Below, piece by piece: positions 14,141 to 26,100 of a stretch of 64,000 bases of DNA. The position numbers and the translations under genes are program-made. Each line of letters starts with the position of its first letter. Within the stretch, counting starts at the first letter, position 1. Origin of the DNA: Phoronis australis. Lineage: Eukaryota; Animalia; Phoronida. Below the pieces are notes generated by a model, which saw only the letters and a program-made list of their open reading frames with translations, was not told the origin of the DNA and searched no databases. The stretch is from contig NMRA01000271.1 in the NCBI GenBank assembly GCA_002633005.1, forward strand, positions 507,722 through 571,721. The letters are read 5' to 3'.

Positions 14141-17100
14141 GTGAAGAGTTGGTGAACTATATCCTGTAACTGACACCTTGTTGTGTCACCTTTTAATAGA
14201 CTTGTGGCTATAACCTTTCAAGGACGGTCGGCTAATGACTGAGTAACTAGGATTATTACACATATATTGACTGTCTCTTCATGGTAGTGATATATCATAA
14301 CGAAATTAGATTTGCAGTTTTGACAAGGATCTGTGAGTATAACCAAGTGCTTGTAATGACCAGACTACAACAAGGATTTCAAAATGTGTATGGTTAGCAA
14401 AATCCACACAATTTGCTAAATTTTGAGAATTTGCCAAAAACGTTGGATTTTAAGATTTGCTGGTTTTGGGCAATTATTTAAAGTTACTTGGGATGATGTT
14501 GGGATTTTTGCAGGATTGACCCCCTCAAATCCTCAACCCACGACCCCCTCGACCAGCGATCTCTTGCAATAGATGTATCTTTGCGCTTTTACACATTCAT
14601 AATCATATTATGTTGCTGAATGACTTTCCCATAAGACTAACCTACTCGCGAATCTGCTTGGGCCCAAGTCTGTTAGTTAAAGACGGAAAGTGGCGTAAGA
14701 AGATGATCTGAAATAGCGAATTATGATCGTGCTTTCGTTGTCAAGAAATAGTTTCACGAGCGGCTACCAATGGCCCGGTTCTACAAACTTAGGGAGAGAG
14801 TACGTTAAGGTGAATGCACATACAATTTCACATTTTTATTATTTGCTTTCTGTTGTATACTCGTTTACAATGTAACGTTGATATACTGTTTTAGTTAACA
14901 GCTTGTTTTTTTCAAACTGTAAGGTAAAAACCCGAATTTGGGACAGTCTCCCGTATTAGGCCTAACTGAAGAAATTGCACATTCCTCGGTTCGTCGCACT
15001 CTCCCCAAAAAGCTTGATTCTGGCATTCACTGAAGAGCCTGGGACGACATTTGCAACGTTGGTAGGTCTTTGATTTGATTTGGTACTATTGTTTTATTTC
15101 TGTTTTTGGCTTTCAAACTTCCGAATCTACTCTCTAATTGCAAAAACAAACAGGGAAAACCCAGCAGAGCTCACGGTCCCGACTCAATGGTCCTGCAGCT
15201 CAGCGCTTGTTCTATGTGCATATGGAGTCGACCTTGTGTTGACTGGGTCGAGGGCGTCGTGGGTCAAGATGGTCGTGGGTCGTGGGGGTCGTGGGATGTA
15301 CGAGTTGAGGGGTTTTAGAACAATCCGGTTTTCCAGCCTGAGTATGTGCAAGAACAGACTATGCATCAGACGACATCCACAAGCAGGCAACTTTCAAATG
15401 ATGACTACGAGGCACTTGGCAGTGCCTCAGGCAGCTACACATATTCTTACTACCCCACCGGTAGGAGCTCACTACAACTAATGCCAAAGCAGGTATTCTC
15501 TAGTTTATGATTGTGACGATTATTATACTTCATCTACACGTTATGTGGGTGGTTATTGTGCTATGACTGTACAGACATTTGTCTGGCAGTTGCCTTGAAG
15601 ATATTCTTTAGTTAACTTTTAACTGCCATTATGGAATTACTTATTTATGGATAAAATAGAAACATTGAATTTGTAAATTATAGCCCAGCATGTTTCTGTG
15701 GTGCCCATGAAAGTGATGATTTGCTGGTTCAATAACGGGACACATGGCCTGGGCTCAAACCCATCCTATTTGAACTTTAGAAAAAATTTGCGTTCGATGC
15801 TCAAATTACGTAATTAGGAATGCGATCTAAGACACACTGTACCCATTTGACGACAATATCGTGGCCTGTTATGCCATTATGGGAGTTGTTGCTGACTAAA
15901 TTCCCTGGCAAAGAATTAAGGTCAGTTTCAGAATTGGCTCCATTGAACAAGTGAACCAGACAAAGGCACTTGCTAACATCATCGCTTCATCCAGCGGTTG
16001 TATAGTACAGTGCGTACTGGACTGAACAGACAATCAGACACAAACACATGCATGCGCATGCACGCATGTTGTCAGTGTTTAGTCAATTGCCTGGATCGAA
16101 AGGATATCACAGGAAACATTGACCTTTCGTTGTGGCCACTGAACTGGAATCACTCTTCTAGGTACTTGAAGATATTGCGTTGTACCGTACCAATCGACGC
16201 TTAAGGCATGTGGACCCTGTAGAGTACTCCTCTGTTCAGGTAACTATCGGACAGTTTGATCCAAACACAACAACGCATGTGAAGATCACGCGTGAAGCAT
16301 TTAAAATTGGTATTGAGAAACGGGACGTTGAGCTCCTGGATGTTGGTGAGTCTTGTACTATACACAGCTATAATATAAAGATAAGGAATAATTTGAAGTA
16401 AATACACCGATTCCTTGCTTGTTGCTGCTGTAGTGTTTAAAAGAGTTTGTTTTATGAAAAGTGACTCAAGGTATGAGACAGGCATCAGTGGCGGATTGAG
16501 GGGGAGGGGCTAACATTCTTCCAGATTCCATTTGACAGTTCGGAGGTGCGAATGTCTGACGGGCAAAATCCTGGCTAATACTCTGCCCTGCCCCCCCCTC
16601 AACTCAAAATCCGGGATCCACCCCTGGCAATTTGGTATTATGTTCCAACTTCGCTATTGTTGAATAACGTTTAACCAAGTAATTATGAGCGCATCACAGT
16701 CTAGGAACAATTTATGGAAATTATCTCAGTAACTAACTATTATGTGTATATTCTCGCAGACTGTATTCCTTAGTCACTCTTCATGAAACACACCTCAGGT
16801 GAAACAATTTCGACTTCATTAATTAGTAAAGTGTTCCGACTTGCTTGTTACCGGTAATTCCCTGATCTCTGAAAAAATTCAGATTCTCGTTTCCTTCAAG
16901 TTGGCACTTACGGCAATTATTTTCCTCAGATGTTGCGACCATGTTTCAATCAATAAAAGTGCAGCAGTTTGGGACCCTCGAAAATTAGTGTTTTTTTGCT
17001 CGAGGTTAGAGCCAGTGTGCCAAATGTCAGAAATAGGCAATATAAGTCGTCTCAAGTTCAGGAATTATAAGATCAGTGACAGACGATCGCTTTCTCTGAT

Positions 17101-20100
17101 ATTTCACTTCATAGGAACGTACAGAAATGCTCTGTCGGCGACTATTTTTGACAATTTAAGAACTGTCGTGTTTTTGAGACTCTGAGATTATGTTGGTAAA
17201 AAGCGCCGTGTTTGATATTTACGAAATATGATGAATAACAAATTTGCTCATGTTCCAATCAAGAAAATTCAATTTGAACTGGAGTTTCAGAGTCCCAAAA
17301 CTTAGACGCTGTCCCAAAGTGAGTAGTTATTGTCATACTCTTCTTTTTAGTAATTCCCTTCTGGAAAAAGTTGAAGGAAGATGGCCAAAGTTGGCACCCG
17401 ATGATCCAGATCGCCAAGGAAAACAATGCTTCTTTGTTCTCGCGTCTCGCTCTCAAACACGAGCTACACATCCCGGAACCTCACGACTACTTTTGCTCAA
17501 AAGAGAACTGCCCTGTCAAGGACTCCCTTAAGCACTCACTGTTGAGGATCAACACATACAAGGCCCTGGCACAGCCTGCTCACCTCCTGGCCAAGGAGGA
17601 CCCCATCAGAGATGCCTTTGAGCTGCGTCGGCAGATAATGGAAATGAGCAATTTGGACAAAGAATTTAAGGTACAGTACAAAAGTATTCACACAAAATGA
17701 CCCAGAACTCTTCCATCATGACGTCTTGGCAGAAGCCGAATTCATCGTTAGAGTAGTCTTCGACCCAGAATGAAGAGAAATGAACATGAAAGTTATTATA
17801 GTGGCTTGAAGCCATTCTGCAATTCAAATTTCGACGCCTTTCTAGTTTAAATTAGTAGTAATGTTTGCTGTTAACAGAAATAGCCGTCATGACAGGGAAA
17901 CGATGTTTTGTCTGATTGTTTTTGTCTTGTATTTTAGTTGTGCACTATTGCGGGCAAGACCAGTTGTTCTCTATGTCACATAAACATGTAGTTCCGTTAC
18001 TGAATCATCAAACTGTTCCAACTAGGAGTTTATTTGCTTAAAACAAAGTTGTTAGTGAGTTGTGCAACTGGTCAATATGGGATGAATTCTCAGTGATCAA
18101 ATCAGTGACATAAATCTTTATGAATATGATACTACCTTAGTGTGGAACTTATGAATTTTTGCTTTTGCTGAGTTGGCACTAGCTGCTGGAGTCGAACCCT
18201 CATGGTCAGTTAGCCATCTTGGGGGGAGCTTTCCCGTAGGAGAGGTTGGTAGACTCTGGTTTGCTGCCTATTATGTCATCTCGGTTATCATGTTGGTGGG
18301 TATTTTGCACCGGTGCATATTTTGTCCCCTCAGGTATCACCTCTCCTGAACCAAGCAAACAATTAGCAACTAGTTGTTGAAAGAAATGTTATTGTCTAAA
18401 GTATGGTCTTCGGGCATGTGGAATTGTCTCGGGCCTCGGGGTATCCATTCTGGTCTGTTTTTGTAAGCATGTCAGCTCTTGACCTCTACATCACTACCTT
18501 ACTGTTTATTAATTCCCGTTGGCGTACTTTTTTCCAGAACGAGTACATTTTACTTTCGGATCATGTCGAGAAGTTTTGTTGTGATATGGCCAAGCTGTGT
18601 GGACGCAAGAAGGAGCTAGAAATATTCCTGGATAGGTCACACATTGATTTGGACAAGGAGAAATCAAAGCTTGGAACTGTGGAGATGGGTTGCAAATACG
18701 AAGCTAAGCAGGTAGCACATCCCACAAACCTCATTTTTGATCTCATGTGATATTTTTGGATGTCGGAATTACTTTATTACCTGTTATAAGTACTACAGCA
18801 TGGTCAGTTCTGCAAGAATGACCCGAAACTAACATTAAATGCTGCGCACATGTCATTTTCACTTTAAAAGTTAAATCTTAATTTTGTGTGATAAACTTGT
18901 TTTTCTTTGGAAATTGGTTGACACTTTAAATTCATTTTATTTCCAAGTTGTTCTGTTGAGGACATTCTTTTCCTTGTTTTGATTTTGTGTTGGTCAGAGG
19001 CGATACTAATAAGCTCAGTTTTTTCTTTCTCATTGTACTTTAAAAAGGGCGTCCCGGATTAGAACTCTCCTTTGTACAGGAGATAAGAAAGCGCGTGACC
19101 TCGTTTTGGAAATCAGGCATATTTTAGTATTTCTCATTGATGTCGGGAAGACGAAGAAATTCACAGCACACACCCATGGGTTTTTGTCCTGTTTATTAAA
19201 CATTACGTCTGAGTTTCAGCCCACAGCACAGCAGTGATACTTTGTTAGCACTGGAAGGACGAATAGAGTAATGCAACAAAGACAAACTTGCAAAGAACCA
19301 GACAATAACAAATATCATGTGAAACTCTATTGACATGAAAATGAGGCAGCAAATGTGTCTAACGGATGTTTACGGCAGTGTGGGTAAATACAGCGAGATT
19401 CGAGTGTCGCTTTTTGTAATCCGGGACGGCCCTATTGTCCGACTTGTAGCTCAGAGGCAGCATGTGTGTATTGTTGAACCAACTCAAACTCATGCTCACT
19501 TCACGTTGCAGTTTCTTTATGCACCAAAAGTACGCTCACATTGTTTTAAATAATTAAATGACTTGTTTTCATTTAGCAGAATCTGCGCGTTACATACCAT
19601 TCCGCTGGGTTGTTAAAACCAAGAAATTTCCAACATCACGAGCTGATGTAGAATCACGTTCAATTAAACTTGACAAACATGCCCATTGTGTTGGTAAAGA
19701 AAGCTGTGGTAGTAAGAGAGACAGAGCTCACAATCTCACAAAAGAATCAGCAGATGAAAGTTAAGTCTAATTGCTCCGATAGTCGACCGTTTTCTCAGAA
19801 GTTTTTGGTGATAGTATTTCAGACAAAGCACGTCTTCGTCACGACATTTGTTGAACATCGTTTGGGAATAGTATTTTTGAATATCGGTTAGTGTCTGAGG
19901 CGCAAAATTTACAGTATAATTACTGGATTATCAGATGAACGCAGACAATGAGAGAGCTGGACCTTATAAACACTAGTTTGCCAACTTTCTACCCTAGCTA
20001 TCTCTGTCAAACTGATAACGACACTCCTGTATCCCGACTAGGCGATCAGTGACACTGGGATACTTGTTCAACAGCGCGGGTGCGTAATGGAATTAATGTC

Positions 20101-23100
20101 TCATTTCAGTTTGTAGCTCATGAATTTGTACAGAGCCATCTGCACGAGGAGTTTTATGGCGAGTCTCCAGAGCAACAGAAGTTCTTCTTGAAACACAATA
20201 ACTTCACAAGACTCCTCATGTGTATAGTGTTGTCGCCGGTGGTGTTACTGATGATTGTTGGCTACATCCTGTTCGGAGGCATAAAGATTCTAAAAGAAAA
20301 GGTAAATGTGATTTGCTGGACAGGTGTTAATATGATACATGTAAGTCTTTTTGGTGTAAAGAGTCATAGCTCTCCGACTCCGACTTATTGTTTGTTGTTC
20401 CTGTTTAAATGCAAACTCTCAGCTCTGTTAGCCTTTGCAGGAAATGCTGCAATTTTGTTCTGTTTCATGTTCATTCTTTAAATTTATACCTTTTGATTGA
20501 CAGCTATTTCTCTTCAGTACCCTATCCCATTCTACTACATCAACGCGCTGAAAGACCCGATCATCAAGTTCTACATTCACACAATGTGCTATATCCTCTT
20601 CCTGTTTCTACTGCTGGTTTATACCCTGCTGCCACTCGCTGATAACCGGTCTCACCGCAATACTGGGTTTTCTTGGATACAGTGGTGCATTGCATTCTAT
20701 ATTCTGGGTAAGAGAAAGACTTGACCGCATTACTTAATTCAGGGCTTAGAGAACTGAACAGTTCTTTCAATTACAGGGAAGTGAACTGTGTGTTTGAGCC
20801 TCATCACCGAACAATTAAATGCGTTAAATAGAGATGGCCGCATTCCATGAGAGCTCATTAAATTGTCAATGAATAAACATTGTAACCCTCGTTATACTTT
20901 TCAACAAAATGTTTGCCCTACACTAAATACCGTACATACCTGAATGTTTGAATGAGAACATGAAGTGTGTAAATTTGATCAACGGAAATGTAAACTGAAG
21001 TAGTATCTGACCGGTTAGAGGCGATAATGAAGACAACAGGTTCGTGACAGTAGGTCTATATTTGAAGTACCGAGACGACTACACTACGCTACTTAGTAAT
21101 CCCCCCTCTTTAGCAATGAAATTATATATGATGATAACTTGAGCTTGTAGTAGTTGCTAAGTAAGTAAGTATAATTATGTGTATAAATGTCTTATCAAGT
21201 TTGTGTCCTAATATTCATAGAAAATCCTTGTAGCGAGATGGTCTTTAAGTCCTTCGCTCAGACCTTCTGATGTTGGTATTTGGGTTACCTTCTACTGGTG
21301 TATTGGGAGAATCCTTACATTTTGCGTGAGCAGGTCTGTCGTCAATGAAATGAACTCGTTTTTGCGTCATGTCGACTGCGGCGAACTCTAGTGGCTTTCT
21401 GGGTTTCGACAATATATCTGTCCGGGTTCTCGTCTCTGTGTATGATTGTACCTTGGCACTAGGTCTTGGTTTGTCGAGGACTGTAACATGCGGACCACGG
21501 AACATATTTGGAAACGTTTGTTTGAAACATTGTTGTTTCATGACGGTCCTTCATGTTTGTAGTTGTTTCATCCAATCTTCTGCCATGTGCACCTTCACCA
21601 GGTTCAGAACGGCTCGGCAGAGTCGTGACGACTGGTCGGCCAAATCGCGATGGAAGTGTTGAGACAATCCGTGTGGTTCTGAGCTGAAGTAGGGATTAGG
21701 CGACGTCACACTTCTGTACTAGGCACTGCTTCACAGCAGTCTTTAATGCGTCTTACATGGCGCTCAATGAAGCCATTGCTGTGGGAGTATTGAGGTGAGC
21801 TGGTGCCATGTTCGATGCCCCAAGAGGTGACAAATTCCTTGAAGGCTGTGGTTCGTTTCCTGTCATAATTTCGTCTGGTTTTCCAAACAGAGCGCAGTAG
21901 TCTCTTATCTTCTTTGTTATAGCGGGACTGGTCACTAACGTCGTGATTTCGCTTAGTACAGGGTATTTCGAATACTTGACAAGGGCAGCAAGAATTGTCT
22001 GCCATCGATCTCGAATAGGTCAGACGCGTTTAACTGTCATGGTCTGGAAGGTACATTGTGGGGGTTTAGTGGTTGTCCTTGGAACTCCTGGCAAAGTGGG
22101 CTCGACTTGCATAGTCGCTATATGTCTGCAGTGTACATTTTCTCGGGCTAACCGCCGTGTCTTCTAGACGCCTTGGTGCCCCGCCTTCGTGGAGTTTCCG
22201 TAGGATATCGTCTCTGTTCGGGTATCATAGGTATGATTGTGTTTTTACCGATGGCACCATGAAGTATTAGTTGACCGGTTAGATACGAATGAAGACACCA
22301 GGTTCATCACAATGGGTCATATTTGAAGACTAAGTACGGAAAGGGCTAATTCATTCAGAGCAATATATAAATACGCTATATACGTAGTAATAAGAAACTA
22401 CAACATAAACGTTCTTGTAGCTGACTTGTTCTTGAAGTAACGCCCAGTGTGTGTTGTTGAATAATAATTAAAATTCTGAAGCCTCTAGGCTTGCTGGCTA
22501 GTGTTAAAAGCTGTTGGGATAAAACTTCCCCAACTGGAAGAACTCTTACTTAAGACACCAGCGTAAACGTTGTTAGAATGTAAGGCTCCTGCGGCCGGTT
22601 GCATGAAACAGTCCCAAATAGGGACTCAACTAAGGTCCCTAAATCTGATGCGTGGGACTTGTGAAAACATCGATTGCTCTTTCTTGTATTGTTTTAGTTT
22701 CATTTCTAAGTAAACTTTTGACTTTGATACAAATTGAGAGTCAACTCTACCTTGAATTGTCAATATTATCGAAAATAATTAGGAATATTTTCAAGCAACA
22801 TCCCCAATTTAAGGACCGAGTCCCTAATTATTTTCAATGAACTCTGGGCTCAGTAATTTTTTACATTTTTAGAAAATGTCATAAATCAAGTAGGACCTCA
22901 TACTAACGATGAAATAAAAGAAAAATCTTACATCCGTTAGTCCATAAAGACACAAATACGCAAAAAATGGGCATTAGGTGAGTCCCTATTGGGAACTGTT
23001 TTATGCAACCAGCCACTGGTAATCTATGTTCTTCTGTAGGTTACGTCTGGGCTGAAGTGAAGCAGTTGTGTACGAGAGGATACGGTGCCTACTTGCTCAG

Positions 23101-26100
23101 TGTTTACAACTGGTTGGATTCACTCATGGTCTTTCTATACTTGGCCTCGTACGCTTGTCGTGTGGTGGCCTTATTCAAAACAAAAGACGCTCTGAATTTC
23201 CAAGAAAAATATCCGGTCGGACCGTACCCTGAAGAGGTTCAATATTACCTTGAAACTGGTGGGTTTTACCTGAAGTTTTTCATTCGCGTGTTTGCCATGA
23301 ACTGTTTGATGAATTTTTTGCTTGTCCTGTTTTAGGCTTCAGTTCTCAGACTGCTTAGGAGCAGTTGAATTTTTAGTGATGATTTATTTCAAGTACTGTC
23401 TTTACCTCAGGGTCTTGCTTATAATCCTAGCAGATGGTATTTTGGAACCAATGTAGAATCCTTAGTGTACTGCAATATTCTATCTTGAGCCTGCGCACGT
23501 AAATTCCGAGGAGTAAAATATTATCTGTATTTAAGCGAGTGGGCGTACTTTCAAAGACTGAAAGGTTGTGTTTTGTCGTCAAGAAAATAGCTGCCAAATC
23601 GAACTACAATTATTTAGAAGTCACATTCTCCTGCAGACTTAAAGTGTTGTTGAGTAATTTCAAGCTAGGCTGGAAAAGCAATGAGCGTTATTAAATCCAC
23701 TCTCAAAATTCAACTTTACTTCCCATACACTGCAATTCAAACTCTTTAACTCCATGATTATGCCCATATTAACGTATGATGCAGAAATATGGGGCACATC
23801 AATGCGTGAATCTATTGAAAAAGTTCATAATGATTTCTGTAAGTACGGTCTGAGATTGAATATTTAAACGCTGAATGCGATGGCTCGCGGTGAATGCGGA
23901 AGACAATTGTTAATTACAGTATATATATGTAAATCAATTATCTATTGGACAAAAAAACTTGATATGGGAGAACATAGGTATCCACTCAAGTACTATAGTA
24001 CGTAAGCAAGAGAACAACCTGAAAACGGTTATTATTACTGGGCACACCGTGCCAAAGAAACTATGTATACGTGCGGTTATGGAGAGGTGTGGTTATTTGG
24101 TATTAGTATTGAATTTATTGTGGTATTCAAGTAGAGGTTACGTCCAGAACATTTGACTGAAAATCCGCCAACATTTCGGCTTCGCTTTCACAGGAACACA
24201 CTTTTTAGACCTGTGACTCTTCTCATTAGATCTCAGTGATCTTCTGAGCCCCTATTCCAGCGCCTCACTGCTTTTTCAAAGACAATTTACTTATCGCGTC
24301 TTCGGGAAGCTGACGAAGAAATGAGTCCTTCCCTCTAAAATACTGTCGTGTTCTTATGGTTACAGCTGATCAACCCACATCTACCCTAACTTGTTAAGAA
24401 ACGAGACGGCGCGGAATTACGCAACAAGTGCCTCACCTCCACCAAGCCTGAAATTTCTCAGGCTACAAACTCTTTTCTTGATGAGCGTAGATGCATCGAT
24501 GACTCTCGTTTTATTCGTATAACCAGCTCAAATACAACCCCCTCTTGCCGCCGTAGGACCCCGTCCTTCGTCTTATGCACCACCGCCTGCAGCACTCCCT
24601 CATACCCCTTCTTGTCTCGGTGCTCGTTCTTCCCGCTTCACAAGCGCGCCTTTCTTAAAGCACGGTCCACCGACGTTGACGTCACCACTGAGGAAAGCAA
24701 CCCACAAGAAACAAAATCTTACTGCAAGTAAAGTCGTGACTTCGTTGTCGCTCTTCGCGTCCACATAGTTCAATCTCATTATCTTGACACGTTTGTTGGT
24801 CAAACCCCTTTGCGTTTGACATTGGATTGTTGTTCGACAGGGAACATGATTAGCGCATCGTGTGCACGTTGGGTGGGCGTAAAAATTCGTAAAAAATCTC
24901 AAAACGCCTTCCAGGCCGAAGGTACATCTACTTTACAGGATGTGGTGGAAACTCGACATGTCTTCACACGTGACAAGCATTTCGATGGTCTTGTTTTCCA
25001 GTCCATTGACGTAGATGTCTTGTCAGCAACCCTATTTATGACTTACAATGACATTTCAGTACGACGTGCTCGCAAGTTTATCACGTTGGCTGACTGATCT
25101 ACATATTGTACACCTATGCTCAACCCGAAAAACCAATATCCACGACCCACAGCACACCTGCCTCAGGAATAACGTGCTTCCTCTCACGCATGGCCTGGTG
25201 ATTGTCTTGACTTGGATGCCCCGTCTGATACAACCGACAGCATTAGCCTCCTCTCTAAGAGTGTTTCCTATCTATGGCCACAACCCGCCATTCTTGCCCC
25301 GATTGATGGCAAGATTCGCTTGTTCAGCAACACCGACGAACCACGATTTTTGCAAAAAGATGAGCAGTTTTGGCAGGTGAACGGTGTGTTCACACCTTTA
25401 GAGGCTCCAACTGGATCCCCGATAGCCACCTCAAACCAAACAACCTTTGATCATCATCGTTTTGTCGCCGTTGATCCCGACAATATTTTGCATGCTGCAA
25501 ATCAGGACAGGTTCCACGGCCTGCATCGCGAATTCGCCCACGTATTTGATCCGCAATTTACCGGATACAAAGGTGCTGCAGGCCCTTTCGAGGCGGTTGT
25601 CAACATGGGTCCTCCGCAACCTCCGCAGAAAAAATGTCGCCTCCCACAATACTCCAAGGACAAGCTCCTGGAATTGCAACAAAAATTCAACGAGCTAGAG
25701 CTACTAGGAGTATTCGCCCGTCCAGAAGATGTTGGTATTGCAGTAGAGTATCCCAATCCTTAGTTTCTCGTCAAGAAACCCCACGGAGGTCTTTGTTTAG
25801 TTACAGCATTTGCAGACGTCGGCTGGTACGCCAAGCCTCAATACAGTCCCCTCTCATGCCTGACGTAGATACCGTGCTTCGAAAGATTGTTCAATGGAAG
25901 TTCATCATCAAGACTGACCTTACGAATGCTTTCTATCGAATTTCTTTGTCACGAGATTCCATAAAATATTGTGGCGTATCGGATTCACGCATTTCCGAGG
26001 TATCCGTGTCTACGCAGGAAACCGCATTGGAAGAGTTGACGTGTCTTGTGGTGGGCGAGATTTTGGAGGAAGAGGCAGTCACCTCTACCGTGGTGGTCAG

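Noticed and set aside
15080-15481. 133-aa ORF as a standalone gene
   Set aside because: No motif, and a different frame fits the splice phase of the downstream TRPC exon.
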